DNA of 64,000 nucleotides from Nitrospinota bacterium (GTDB lineage: Bacteria > Nitrospinota > Nitrospinia > Nitrospinales > VA-1). Shown piece by piece: positions 1-8,318 of the stretch; the stretch's first letter is position 1, and each line of letters begins with the position of its first letter. The stretch spans positions 45,000 through 108,999 of the forward strand of contig JAYNIA010000002.1 in assembly GCA_038108555.1 (NCBI GenBank). Reading direction: 5' to 3'. The notes beneath the pieces are model-generated. The model saw only the letters and a program-made list of their open reading frames with translations, did no database searches and was not told the DNA's origin. The translations under genes were made by a program, and so were the position numbers.

Positions 1-3000
1 CCAATGTAATCACCTGGGCCGCTACATCCGAGTTAAACGCCGATGTTCCCGCAACGGTGATGACACCACTATCCGTTATTCCTCCGCCCCCTGTTACCGA
101 AAGAGTACCGTTAACGCTTAAAGTTCCCAGATTGATTGCAGTTGTTCCATTATCAAGAATTACATTTCCATTTGTCCCCAGGGTCGAGATAGAAATAGCC
201 CCCGTCATCGCGTTGGTTGTCGTGTCCAGAGTGATAGCCTGGTCCGCGACATCCGTGGTGAAGCTTGATGTACCCGTCACTGTCAGCACTCCACTATCGG
301 AGATAGTACTTCCAGAAGTCACAGAAAGGTTACCCGTAACACCTATGGTTCCCAGGTTCACCGCTGTGGTCGTATTGTCGAGTGTGAAGTCACTGGTGCC
401 GGTGGTGCCCACGGTGATGGCACCGGTCAACGCGGCGGTATCCAATGTAATATTGTTACTGCCTGTATCAATGGTGAAACTCGATGTTCCAGATACGGTC
501 AGAGTGGACGAGTCGGTGATCGCCGCGCCATTGACTACAGTCAGTCCACCGTTTACCGTTCCCTGCAGGCCCAGAGCCGTGGTGCCATTATCAATACTGA
601 CATCACCAGTCGTACCGGTTGTGGAAACCGTTACGTTCCCGGTAAAGGCATTGGTGGTGGTACTAAGAGTGATATCTGTATCTGTGCCTGTGGACGTAAA
701 ACTTGAAGTCCCGCTTACCGTCAAGGCTCCAGTCTGCGTTATATTGCCTCCACTCGAAACCGTGAGATTGCCGTTCACGGTATTGCCAGCAAGAGCAATG
801 GCTTGGGTGGTTGTCAGGTCAAGGTTGCCTTCGGTTGTAAAAGCAGCCAGGCTGATTGCGGTTGATCCATTGTTAAATGTGATATCCGCGCCGTTTGATC
901 CTGCAGTCTGGGTGGTGAAAGTTACGGCACCGGTTATGGCGTTGGCACTATCCAGAGTAATGTCAATATCATCCACATCGGTGACAAATGTGGCCGTTCC
1001 CGCAACCGTAATCACACCGCTATCTGTAATGCCCCCCCCTGAGGTTGCGGTGAAATTCTGACCCACTGTCACCGTTCCTAAATTCAAAGCGGTCGTACCA
1101 TTGTCGATGGTTACGTCTGCCGCACCTGTATGGGTGATGCTCACCGCTCCGGTCATGGCGTTGGTGGTGGTATCCAATGTAATCACCTGACCGGTGACAT
1201 CGGAATTAAACGAAGACGTTCCAGAAACCGTGATCACTCCACTGTCCGTTATTCCTCCGCCACTGGTTACAGACAAGTCACCGTTTATGGTCACCGTTCC
1301 CAAATTGAGGGCGGTGGTACCATTATCCAAAGTTGCGTTACCCGTAGTGCCCGTTGTAGCCAGTGAAACGGCTCCAGTCAACGCGTTGGTGGTTGTGTTC
1401 AACGTGATATCGTTGTCCGTACCGGTTGAAGTAAAACTAGATGTACCGGTTACCGTCAAGGCACCGGACTGGGTGATGTCTCCTCCGGAGGAAACCGTCA
1501 GAGTACCGCTTACCGATAGTGCTGCCAGATCAATTGTTGTTGTGTCCAATACCGAAACATTCAAAAGGGTGCCGCCCGAAGAAAATGCGATGGTACTGCC
1601 AAAATTATTGGAGGCGTTTGCCACCGTAATGCTCTGACCATTTGCGGCGGTAAACGTAGCCGCTCCCGTAATAGCCAGCGCGCCGGTATTGGTGATATCC
1701 CCCCCAGCGGTCGCTGTTGCGGCGTAGGTTCCTGAAACGGTGGAGGCACCCAGAACCAGGGCTCCCGCATCCACCACTGAAACATCGGCACCGGTAATTC
1801 CAACCGCTCCAGTAAAGTTGTTACTGGTATTCGAAAGAGTCACATCCTGACCGCTGGCAGATACGGTGGTTGTTCCAGGTATTGTCAAAGCTCCCGATTG
1901 CGTTACCGCCCCCCCTGCCGTAACAGAAAGATTACCCGTTAAGGTAAGGGCAGCAAGATCGAAGGCATTGCTGTCATTTATGGTCACATCTGCTATCGTT
2001 CCTGCGGAGGCAGCAAAGGCAACCGTACCGAATGTACTGGCACTATCCAATGTCACACTTTGACCATTGGCTACAGTGAAGGTAGAAGCTCCCGTGATAT
2101 TCAGTACACCACTATCGGTGATGTTTCCTCCTGCGGTAGCAGTCACCGCATAGGTACCTGATACCGTGGATGCTCCAAGATCAATCGCTCCCGCATCAAC
2201 AAGAGTTACGTTGGCTCCTGTAACACTCACTGCACCTTGGAAATTATTTGTAGCCGTATCCAATGTTACATTTTGACCACTGGCGGAAATTGTAGTCGTT
2301 CCGGTTATAGCTAAAGCTCCACTATCGGTAATGGCTCCACCGGTAGATGTGACTGAAAAATTTCCTGTCAATGTCGATGCACCTAAATCAACGGTGCTGT
2401 TTGAAATCAAAGCCAGATTCTGAGACAAAGTAAGACCGTCTGTTGTAATCGCCCCTGATGTGAGAGTTGACGCCCCGGTGCCTGCACCGTCAGAACCTGC
2501 GGTGGTCGCCTGACCGATAGTCAGCGTGCCCGTGGTAGCAATATTATCGAGTTCAGTATCTGATAAAAGAGAACCACTGGCCGAACCCAGAGCAAGAGAT
2601 GTACTTGAAACCGACTCAGCTATTGCAATATTGCTAGAGCCACCAGCGATGGAACCTACAATTCCGAAATCAGCCCCTATTAGAGTGACCGCTCCACCCG
2701 CTGTGGTTATAGTCTGACCTGCAGCAATATTAATGGCTCCTGTTCCATCCGCCGCCCCTAAACTACTATGAACAGAATCGGCTTCCAAATGCAACGTACC
2801 GGTTCCATCCAGTGTCAGGTTGGCATTAATATTAATCGCACCTCCTGCCTGCATGACGAGGTTGACATTGGAGCTTCCGGTAGCCGTAGCTAAAACAAAA
2901 TCGTTACCCACCGTTATGAAATCGGTAGCCTGCAATATAATTTTTGAACCCGCCGAAATTCCATCGAAGCTTCCACTTGCATCGGGATTCAAAATTGTAT

Positions 3001-4375
3001 TGTTCCCACTATCGTCAGCAAAAAGTTCTGAAATATCACTGCCCGCGGTAAAGCCCGTGGAGTTGGAATCCACACCTGAAAGAATAGTGATACTGAGCGG
3101 ATCAAGAAGTACCGTTCCAGCTTCCCCATTTAGTGCGGCGACATCAACATTCCCATCGAAATCGAGGAATTTTTTTCCGGAGGTTTCTACAAAGCCACCA
3201 TTACCACTTTGCGCACCACCGATCGCAGATATTCCTCCATAAAAGTATGTAGCATCATCGGCCCAGAGGATTACTTTACCGCCATCACCCGAGCTCAATG
3301 CATCGGCAGTTACAAATGCGGTGGAATGGAAATAGGTTTTTTCAGATGTGGGTACGAGTCCTTTACCCTGATAGTCGCCACCAATGAGAGCCGTACCACC
3401 ACCTAAATCACCGGAGACATCTACAAATGCGTTTTCTAAAAGTGCTACCCATTCACCGAGTATTTGCACTTCACCCCCGGTCTGGCCTGCTTCTTTACCT
3501 GAAGCATCCAGAGTTCCGGTAACATTGACGAGGCCTTCGTCACCACCATAGAGAATAATTTCTCCGTTTTCCTGGACAGCGGTTTGGGCTTCTATCAAGC
3601 CATCCATATTGATGACGTTATCAACAACATCCCGCGCCGCATTCACCTCAAGAAATACGGTTCCACCATTGGCGTGAATGGAACCGCCATTCTTTAATAA
3701 TGAAGAAACCGGTTGACCGTCAGGCCCGATCACCTGATCGAGAACCTTGCTACCCACTCCCAGACTCACGAGTTTGTCACCATACAAATCGAGTGTGAAC
3801 GTTTTCCCCGATGCCAGAGAAACCTGCCCCAATTGCGCGTTGATGATGCCCGAGTTTTCTACACCGGGAGCGACAAACGCCAGCAATCCTCCCTGGGCGA
3901 CATTGATCGTTCCTCTATTAATAACCGTCCGATTGATACTCGAAGGAATATCGAATTTATAATTTCCCGCCATGAAATCGGCGTTACTGATATTACTGGT
4001 GGTGGCTACCAGTCCACCCACATCAATTTTTGAATTGGCCCCAAACAAAATTCCATTGGGGTTGAGCAACATCAAATTTCCGTTGGATGTCAGGGTTCCA
4101 AAAATTTCCGATCCTACTCCCCCGGTCACACGACTGAGGTTAAACGAATCGGAAGAAGGCATCTGAAAATGGGTGGCTTCATTGGCTTGAATGTTAAAGG
4201 TCTGCCAATCGATGATCGCTTTATTCGTGGATTGCAAAACGTGAAGGGTATTTGGGTCGGTTTGATTGAAAGTAACCGAGCCCGCTTGCACGGTTGGATC
4301 TGTTGGAAGAGCAAATGCAAACGCAGGAACCAAAGCGAACCAAACTGCAATAATGCATATAAAATGTTTATACAC
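1..4375 (-). CDS. Two-partner-secretion exoprotein (TpsA / filamentous haemagglutinin family), N-terminal part only; the C-terminus lies beyond position 1
   Basis: Minus-strand frame is open from GTG at 4375 to the window edge, so it is absent from the ORF track. Translation starts with a signal-like VYKHFICIIAVWFALVPAFAFA. TPS-domain motifs follow: NKAIIDWQTFNI, FNLSRVTGG, LMLLNPNGILFG. Then come long G/T/S/A-rich repeats (ITDSGVITVSGTSSF...LDNGTTALNLGT). Alternative in-frame GTG at 4393. Confidence 0.85.
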   Translation of the reverse strand, partial: MYKHFICIIAVWFALVPAFAFALPTDPTVQAGSVTFNQTDPNTLHVLQSTNKAIIDWQTFNIQANEATHFQMPSSDSFNLSRVTGGVGSEIFGTLTSNGNLMLLNPNGILFGANSKIDVGGLVATTSNISNADFMAGNYKFDIPSSINRTVINRGTINVAQGGLLAFVAPGVENSGIINAQLGQVSLASGKTFTLDLYGDKLVSLGVGSKVLDQVIGPDGQPVSSLLKNGGSIHANGGTVFLEVNAARDVVDNVINMDGLIEAQTAVQENGEIILYGGDEGLVNVTGTLDASGKEAGQTGGEVQILGEWVALLENAFVDVSGDLGGGTALIGGDYQGKGLVPTSEKTYFHSTAFVTADALSSGDGGKVILWADDATYFYGGISAIGGAQSGNGGFVETSGKKFLDFDGNVDVAALNGEAGTVLLDPLSITILSGVDSNSTGFTAGSDISELFADDSGNNTILNPDASGSFDGISAGSKIILQATDFITVGNDFVLATATGSSNVNLVMQAGGAININANLTLDGTGTLHLEADSVHSSLGAADGTGAINIAAGQTITTAGGAVTLIGADFGIVGSIAGGSSNIAIAESVSSTSLALGSASGSLLSDTELDNIATTGTLTIGQATTAGSDGAGTGASTLTSGAITTDGLTLSQNLALISNSTVDLGASTLTGNFSVTSTGGAITDSGALAITGTTTISASGQNVTLDTATNNFQGAVSVTGANVTLVDAGAIDLGASTVSGTYAVTATAGGNITDSGVLNITGASTFTVANGQSVTLDSASTFGTVAFAASAGTIADVTINDSNAFDLAALTLTGNLSVTAGGAVTQSGALTIPGTTTVSASGQDVTLSNTSNNFTGAVGITGADVSVVDAGALVLGASTVSGTYAATATAGGDITNTGALAITGAATFTAANGQSITVANASNNFGSTIAFSSGGTLLNVSVLDTTTIDLAALSVSGTLTVSSGGDITQSGALTVTGTSSFTSTGTDNDITLNTTTNALTGAVSLATTGTTGNATLDNGTTALNLGTVTINGDLSVTSGGGITDSGVITVSGTSSFNSDVTGQVITLDTTTNAMTGAVSITHTGAADVTIDNGTTALNLGTVTVGQNFTATSGGGITDSGVITVAGTATFVTDVDDIDITLDSANAITGAVTFTTQTAGSNGADITFNNGSTAISLAAFTTEGNLDLTTTQAIALAGNTVNGNLTVSSGGNITQTGALTVSGTSSFTSTGTDTDITLSTTTNAFTGNVTVSTTGTTGDVSIDNGTTALGLQGTVNGGLTVVNGAAITDSSTLTVSGTSSFTIDTGSNNITLDTAALTGAITVGTTGTSDFTLDNTTTAVNLGTIGVTGNLSVTSGSTISDSGVLTVTGTSSFTTDVADQAITLDTTTNAMTGAISISTLGTNGNVILDNGTTAINLGTLSVNGTLSVTGGGGITDSGVITVAGTSAFNSDVAAQVITL

Positions 4376-4649
4376 ATTATTTCTCGATTCCACCCTATGC
4401 AATTTTGACAAGCGACTTATTTCCACCCTGTTCTCCATTTTTCTTCCACACTCAAAGAACTTCTTCAAAAAATTTTACAGCAATTCACCGAATTGAAAAG
4501 TTTTAAATCCAAGAAAAGCCCGACCTTATGCCTTGATTTGGCCTTCAATTAAAAAAAATTTCTTTCAAAAACCTTGAAGTTCCCTTTTTTATTTTGTTTT
4601 CCATGAAAAAATTTTCACTTAAAAAATTTTTTAATCTAAATAAAAATAA

Positions 4650-4675
4650 CCCCCTCAATCCCCCTTATCAGGGGG
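4650..4675 (-). terminator. Candidate attenuator/terminator between tpsB and tpsA
   Basis: Minus strand reads CCCCC-TGATAA-GGGGG-ATTGA-GGGGG-TTATTTTTATTT. One C5 can pair with either G5, and only the distal G5 is followed by a U-run. Confidence 0.4.
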
Positions 4676-4691
4676 AAGTTTTATAAGTCAT

Positions 4692-4714
4692 CCCAACCCT
4701 CCCCTGCCCCTCCC
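4692..4714 (-). other. G-quadruplex-type G-tract cluster on the sense strand just after the tpsB stop
   Basis: Minus strand reads GGGAGGGGCAGGGGAGGGTTGGG: five runs of three or more G separated by 1-2 nt, in an otherwise AT-rich spacer. Confidence 0.4.
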
Positions 4715-4732
4715 TATGAAGAGAGGGATTTT

Positions 4733-6466
4733 TTAATAACGTGCATTGAGGCTGAAGAAAATCCTTGGGTCGTTATCCCCTTCTGCATCTACATCTCCGG
4801 ACAGAGGTTGTCCCAACTCAATATATCCGGAGAGCCATTCATTAATATTTGCCCTCACTCCGAGTCCCGTAGCCGTTAAAGAACTGGTATCGTCTTGAAC
4901 TGCAGTGGTGTTTCGAAGCGCCACCAGTCCATGGTCCAGATACAAATAGGCCTGGAAACTTTTTAAATAGTTCCAGTCGGTTTTGATTCCTTTTTGGACT
5001 TCAAATTTCACAGCAAAACCATGATCTCCTGTAACTTCGGAAGGATCGTAGGCTCTTACAAATTGAAAACCGCCCAAACCAAACTCTTCTGAAGACAAAA
5101 GGGAGTCAAATGCGTATTGCCATCCAAATGACCCCAATAAGGACCAACCGGCCCCTAATTGCTGGAGTCGCAACATTTCTCCCGACAATTTAGTGAAATC
5201 GCTACGTCCATCCGCACGGGAAAGGTTGGAACTTCCCGGCTCACTGGCATCAAAAATGTTGATCCCTTTAAACAGATCAAAACTGATCAGGTTGACTCCA
5301 CGGAAACGGTCTACAAAATCGTATGCCATTCCCATATTTAAAATGCGCAGTCGGTCATTGGTGATATTTGAACCCAGCAAGTCTGTTTTTGAGTTTCTAC
5401 TTGTAAAGCCAACATACCCGTTTAGGTTTTCCCCTCTTGAACGAATGAAGGGATGTGAAATTCGAAACGTGACCGTGTTTGAATCCCCTTCGACTTCAAA
5501 TTGTTTTAAAGATGATCCCGGTTCCGATGAACTTAAGGACCCGGAAATAAACAGTTTAGTTCCCTCCGACGAAATAGGAACTTCTCCGAACCCATTAAAG
5601 AAAAGCAACTCATCCGGCTGACTGGTCATGATTCCCTGGATTCCAAATCTGTCATAGAAGCCCAATGCGGAATTGGCGCTCGTCCCTGCCCTCAGTTGAA
5701 TCGGTCCATTAAATTTCGAGCCGCGATTATCGATCCCACCATTTGCATCAAGGTCCTTGTGCTTTAATGTAAGAATCAGTTCCGATGCACCCGGTTCATT
5801 TTCTGAGGGAACCAAAACGGACTCCACCGAAACCCCTGGCAAGTCGTCAATTAACAAAAGATAACGTTCGAGATCTTTCGCTTTTAATGGGCTCGAACGG
5901 AGCAGACCTTTGCCATAACTTTTCAGGAAAAACTTTTTCCCTTTAACCGGTCCCCGTATTTTGAGATTCCCGATATAGCCTTCCACGATTTGAATGGTGA
6001 CCACACCATCTTTGATTTTTTGTGGAACTACAATAGCCCTGGACAACAAATAGCCATCGTTTCTGTATTTGGTTGTTATTTTTTCTGCAAACCGGTAAAT
6101 GAGTGCCAGCGAGACTTTTTTATCAATGAACCGTCTTTGCCACCTCTGAAAAGCATTGTGGGAATAAACCGTGGAGCCTTTGACATCAATTTTCTTTAAT
6201 ATGAAACGGATTTTCTTTAAATCAGCCGGGGGTTTATTGGATTTGCTTTCCGGGATCTCCGGTTCCATAACAGAGCCGGGAGCCAGGGGTTTTTCAAACC
6301 TTTTCTCGATCCTTTGCGGCTCAGCAGCCGAAGGAACGGTTTGGGCCCCGGACGGATTGGAATTCAATATTCCCACCGAAAATAACCCCACCGCTACTAA
6401 AAAGGCCATCCTGCCCCTGCGGAGCTTAAATTTTAATCCCTTAAAATTCAATATTTTACCGATCAC
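4733..6466 (-). CDS. ShlB/FhaC/HecB-family outer-membrane transporter (TpsB) of a two-partner secretion system
   Basis: 577-aa ORF directly upstream of tpsA on the same strand. Signal-like N-terminus, POTRA-like segment (IRFILKKIDVKGSTVY...VVTIQIVEGYIGNLKI), beta-barrel-type alternating C-terminal half ending in an aromatic residue (FFSLNARY). Start could also be ATG at 6409. Confidence 0.85.
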   Translation of the reverse strand: MIGKILNFKGLKFKLRRGRMAFLVAVGLFSVGILNSNPSGAQTVPSAAEPQRIEKRFEKPLAPGSVMEPEIPESKSNKPPADLKKIRFILKKIDVKGSTVYSHNAFQRWQRRFIDKKVSLALIYRFAEKITTKYRNDGYLLSRAIVVPQKIKDGVVTIQIVEGYIGNLKIRGPVKGKKFFLKSYGKGLLRSSPLKAKDLERYLLLIDDLPGVSVESVLVPSENEPGASELILTLKHKDLDANGGIDNRGSKFNGPIQLRAGTSANSALGFYDRFGIQGIMTSQPDELLFFNGFGEVPISSEGTKLFISGSLSSSEPGSSLKQFEVEGDSNTVTFRISHPFIRSRGENLNGYVGFTSRNSKTDLLGSNITNDRLRILNMGMAYDFVDRFRGVNLISFDLFKGINIFDASEPGSSNLSRADGRSDFTKLSGEMLRLQQLGAGWSLLGSFGWQYAFDSLLSSEEFGLGGFQFVRAYDPSEVTGDHGFAVKFEVQKGIKTDWNYLKSFQAYLYLDHGLVALRNTTAVQDDTSSLTATGLGVRANINEWLSGYIELGQPLSGDVDAEGDNDPRIFFSLNARY

Positions 6467-6640
6467 ATTCTACCCACAGACCGGATTTCAGACGGAATTT
6501 CAACACTCCACCTTTCGTCCCTGAGGGTGGTCAAAATTAGAACCTAAACGCACTAATTGACGCAGCTTAGTGCCTTCCCTAACGGCGGAAAAATGCTAAA
6601 TCTTTAATTTTTAACGGTTTATTGGCTATTTTTGGCGGGA

Positions 6641-7363
6641 TTAATTTGCCGGTCCGTCCAGGGGGGGAGCCAGTTTATTCAGCCTTTGGAGAAAAGCCTG
6701 AGCAGATTCGGGGACTCTGACCCCCCGATGACCGGATAAAAGTATGCGGTTGTTGACCCTTTGCTGGTAATACTCGCGATTAGCCTTATTGTCTGAATTG
6801 ATAACGGTCCCTTCCAAAGAAAGTCCGGCAAACAATCCTTTAATGGTGGAATAGGCATAAATATCCTTTTTAAAAAGGAGTTTTTTCAGGTTTAAATCCA
6901 TTTTTTTGCCCAAGGGACCGATGGCCAACTCAGGCCCTGCCCCCAAATCAAATTGGGTTTTAAATAATTCTCGCAATCCTTTTTTGGTAATAACTACTAA
7001 AACAACTTCGGCTTTCTGAATTCCGGCCTGGAACCCATAACTGGCTTGTCGTGATTTAATAAATGCCGGGGGATTCCATTTACCGGTTTTAGGGGAGCGA
7101 ACCAATACCACACCTTTACCCACTCTGGCCCCTGCGATCATTGCTGCTTTGTATAAATTCGGAAACACCACAAAGGCTCTGGCGTGACCCAGCATCTCTT
7201 CCGGAATCCGATGGCCTTCGGCATTGATCAATGATTCGATGGATTGTTCTGCATCCAGCAATAACTCTGTATGCTTGAAAGGGTTGTCATCCAGAGATTC
7301 TGAAATGGGATTGGAAGAACACCCGAATAAAAATAACGCTAATACAATAGAGACAAATTTCAT
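6641..7363 (-). CDS. Lipoprotein with SYLF / Ysc84-like (DUF500) lipid-binding domain
   Basis: Internal ATG at 7363 gives MKFVSIVLALFLFGCSS (lipobox LFGC). Body (GARVGKGVVLVRS...ASYGFQAGIQKAEVVLVV...GAGPELAIGPLG...YAYSTIKGLFAGLSLEGTVI) matches my recollection of the SYLF/Ysc84 fold. The longer ORF start at 7522 overlaps the upstream gene. Confidence 0.7.
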   Translation of the reverse strand: MKFVSIVLALFLFGCSSNPISESLDDNPFKHTELLLDAEQSIESLINAEGHRIPEEMLGHARAFVVFPNLYKAAMIAGARVGKGVVLVRSPKTGKWNPPAFIKSRQASYGFQAGIQKAEVVLVVITKKGLRELFKTQFDLGAGPELAIGPLGKKMDLNLKKLLFKKDIYAYSTIKGLFAGLSLEGTVINSDNKANREYYQQRVNNRILLSGHRGVRVPESAQAFLQRLNKLAPPLDGPAN

Positions 7364-7445
7364 AATTCTGGAAAAGCCAATAATTTGATGAACCCCGGTA
7401 ATTTTATATAGGAATGTGGTGAAAATGGCAATCGGAACTCCATGC

Positions 7446-8078
7446 TCAATACCTGCGGGAGGATCTTCTTCTTGACTCTGCCAAATCCCTTTGTTTCGGA
7501 TAAGGCATGTTGATTCTGGCAACGATTTTGTTTTTCAAAACCTGTTTAAACCGTCCTGTTTGCAGAACCTGATAGTCCTGCCCTGGAGCCCGCACCAATT
7601 TCCAGGTAGGTTTTTCGAGCCTTAAAGGACTGTTAGAGTAAGCCACCCCATTAATTCTCAAGATATTCCAATACAGTTTTTTTTGGGTTGCAAACACCTG
7701 CCCTTCGGTAATTCCACCAGGGCCTTGATATTCGAAATGAAGGTATTTTCCAGGCTTGACCTTTTTCATCACCGTTTTGAACAAAGAAGCCAATTCATTA
7801 GCTGAACGTCGGGAAAAAACAGGACGGGGTGTTCTGGGCTTCAAAATATCCTGATAATAAAGGGAAAGAAGATGATTTCTTATATTTTCTTCAGAAAGAA
7901 TAATGGGGTATATGAATTTGACGTTTTGCACATCATCCAGATAGTTGATGCTCTTAAAAGCAATGGTCAGTCCATTCTTCGAAAAGTTTTTTTCCTCTTT
8001 CGTCATGGCTGCACACCCGACCATAAGCAAAGCCAGAGAAAATGCAAGAATTTGAGGAACCCAATAACGTTGAAGCAT
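7446..8078 (-). CDS. Hypothetical lipoprotein
   Basis: MLQRYWVPQILAFSLALLMVGCAAM has a signal peptide with lipobox (MVGC). I recognise no domain. ATG at 8078 is preferred over TTG at 8081. Confidence 0.55.
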   Translation of the reverse strand: MLQRYWVPQILAFSLALLMVGCAAMTKEEKNFSKNGLTIAFKSINYLDDVQNVKFIYPIILSEENIRNHLLSLYYQDILKPRTPRPVFSRRSANELASLFKTVMKKVKPGKYLHFEYQGPGGITEGQVFATQKKLYWNILRINGVAYSNSPLRLEKPTWKLVRAPGQDYQVLQTGRFKQVLKNKIVARINMPYPKQRDLAESRRRSSRRY

Positions 8079-8227
8079 CAATTACCACGTTTTAAATAAG
8101 ATTTTTTATCATGGCCTTCCCTCATCTAAAAGAACTGCCCGGTTCATTCTACTATGACCTGTTCAAGTGACAAGGCAAACTTGGATTAAAAAAAAATGAG
8201 GGTGGGATTAAAAGGAAGGACGGGGGA

Positions 8228-8262
8228 GAGCCGGACCCTGAACAAATTTCAAAGTCCGGCTC
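8228..8262 (-). terminator. Candidate intrinsic terminator after the TonB-dependent receptor gene
   Basis: 9-bp perfect stem GAGCCGGAC / GTCCGGCTC (8228-8236 and 8254-8262) lying 57 nt past the receptor stop. The T-rich tract on the minus strand comes only after a short spacer. Confidence 0.45.
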
Positions 8263-8318
8263 TGCACTTTCTATATATTTATAGAAGGTCTTGGAGGAGA
8301 CCCCGTTAAATCTCTAAC

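Noticed and set aside
57-4408. Numerous plus-strand ORFs (57-1061, 1194-1637, 1866-2063, 2820-3242, 3713-4033 and others) with odd V/P/L/S/T-rich translations
   Set aside because: They are antisense shadows of the tpsA gene. The minus-strand frame is open throughout and encodes a recognisable TPS domain and coherent repeats. The plus-strand products are low-complexity, lack SD sequences, and are fragmented across frames.
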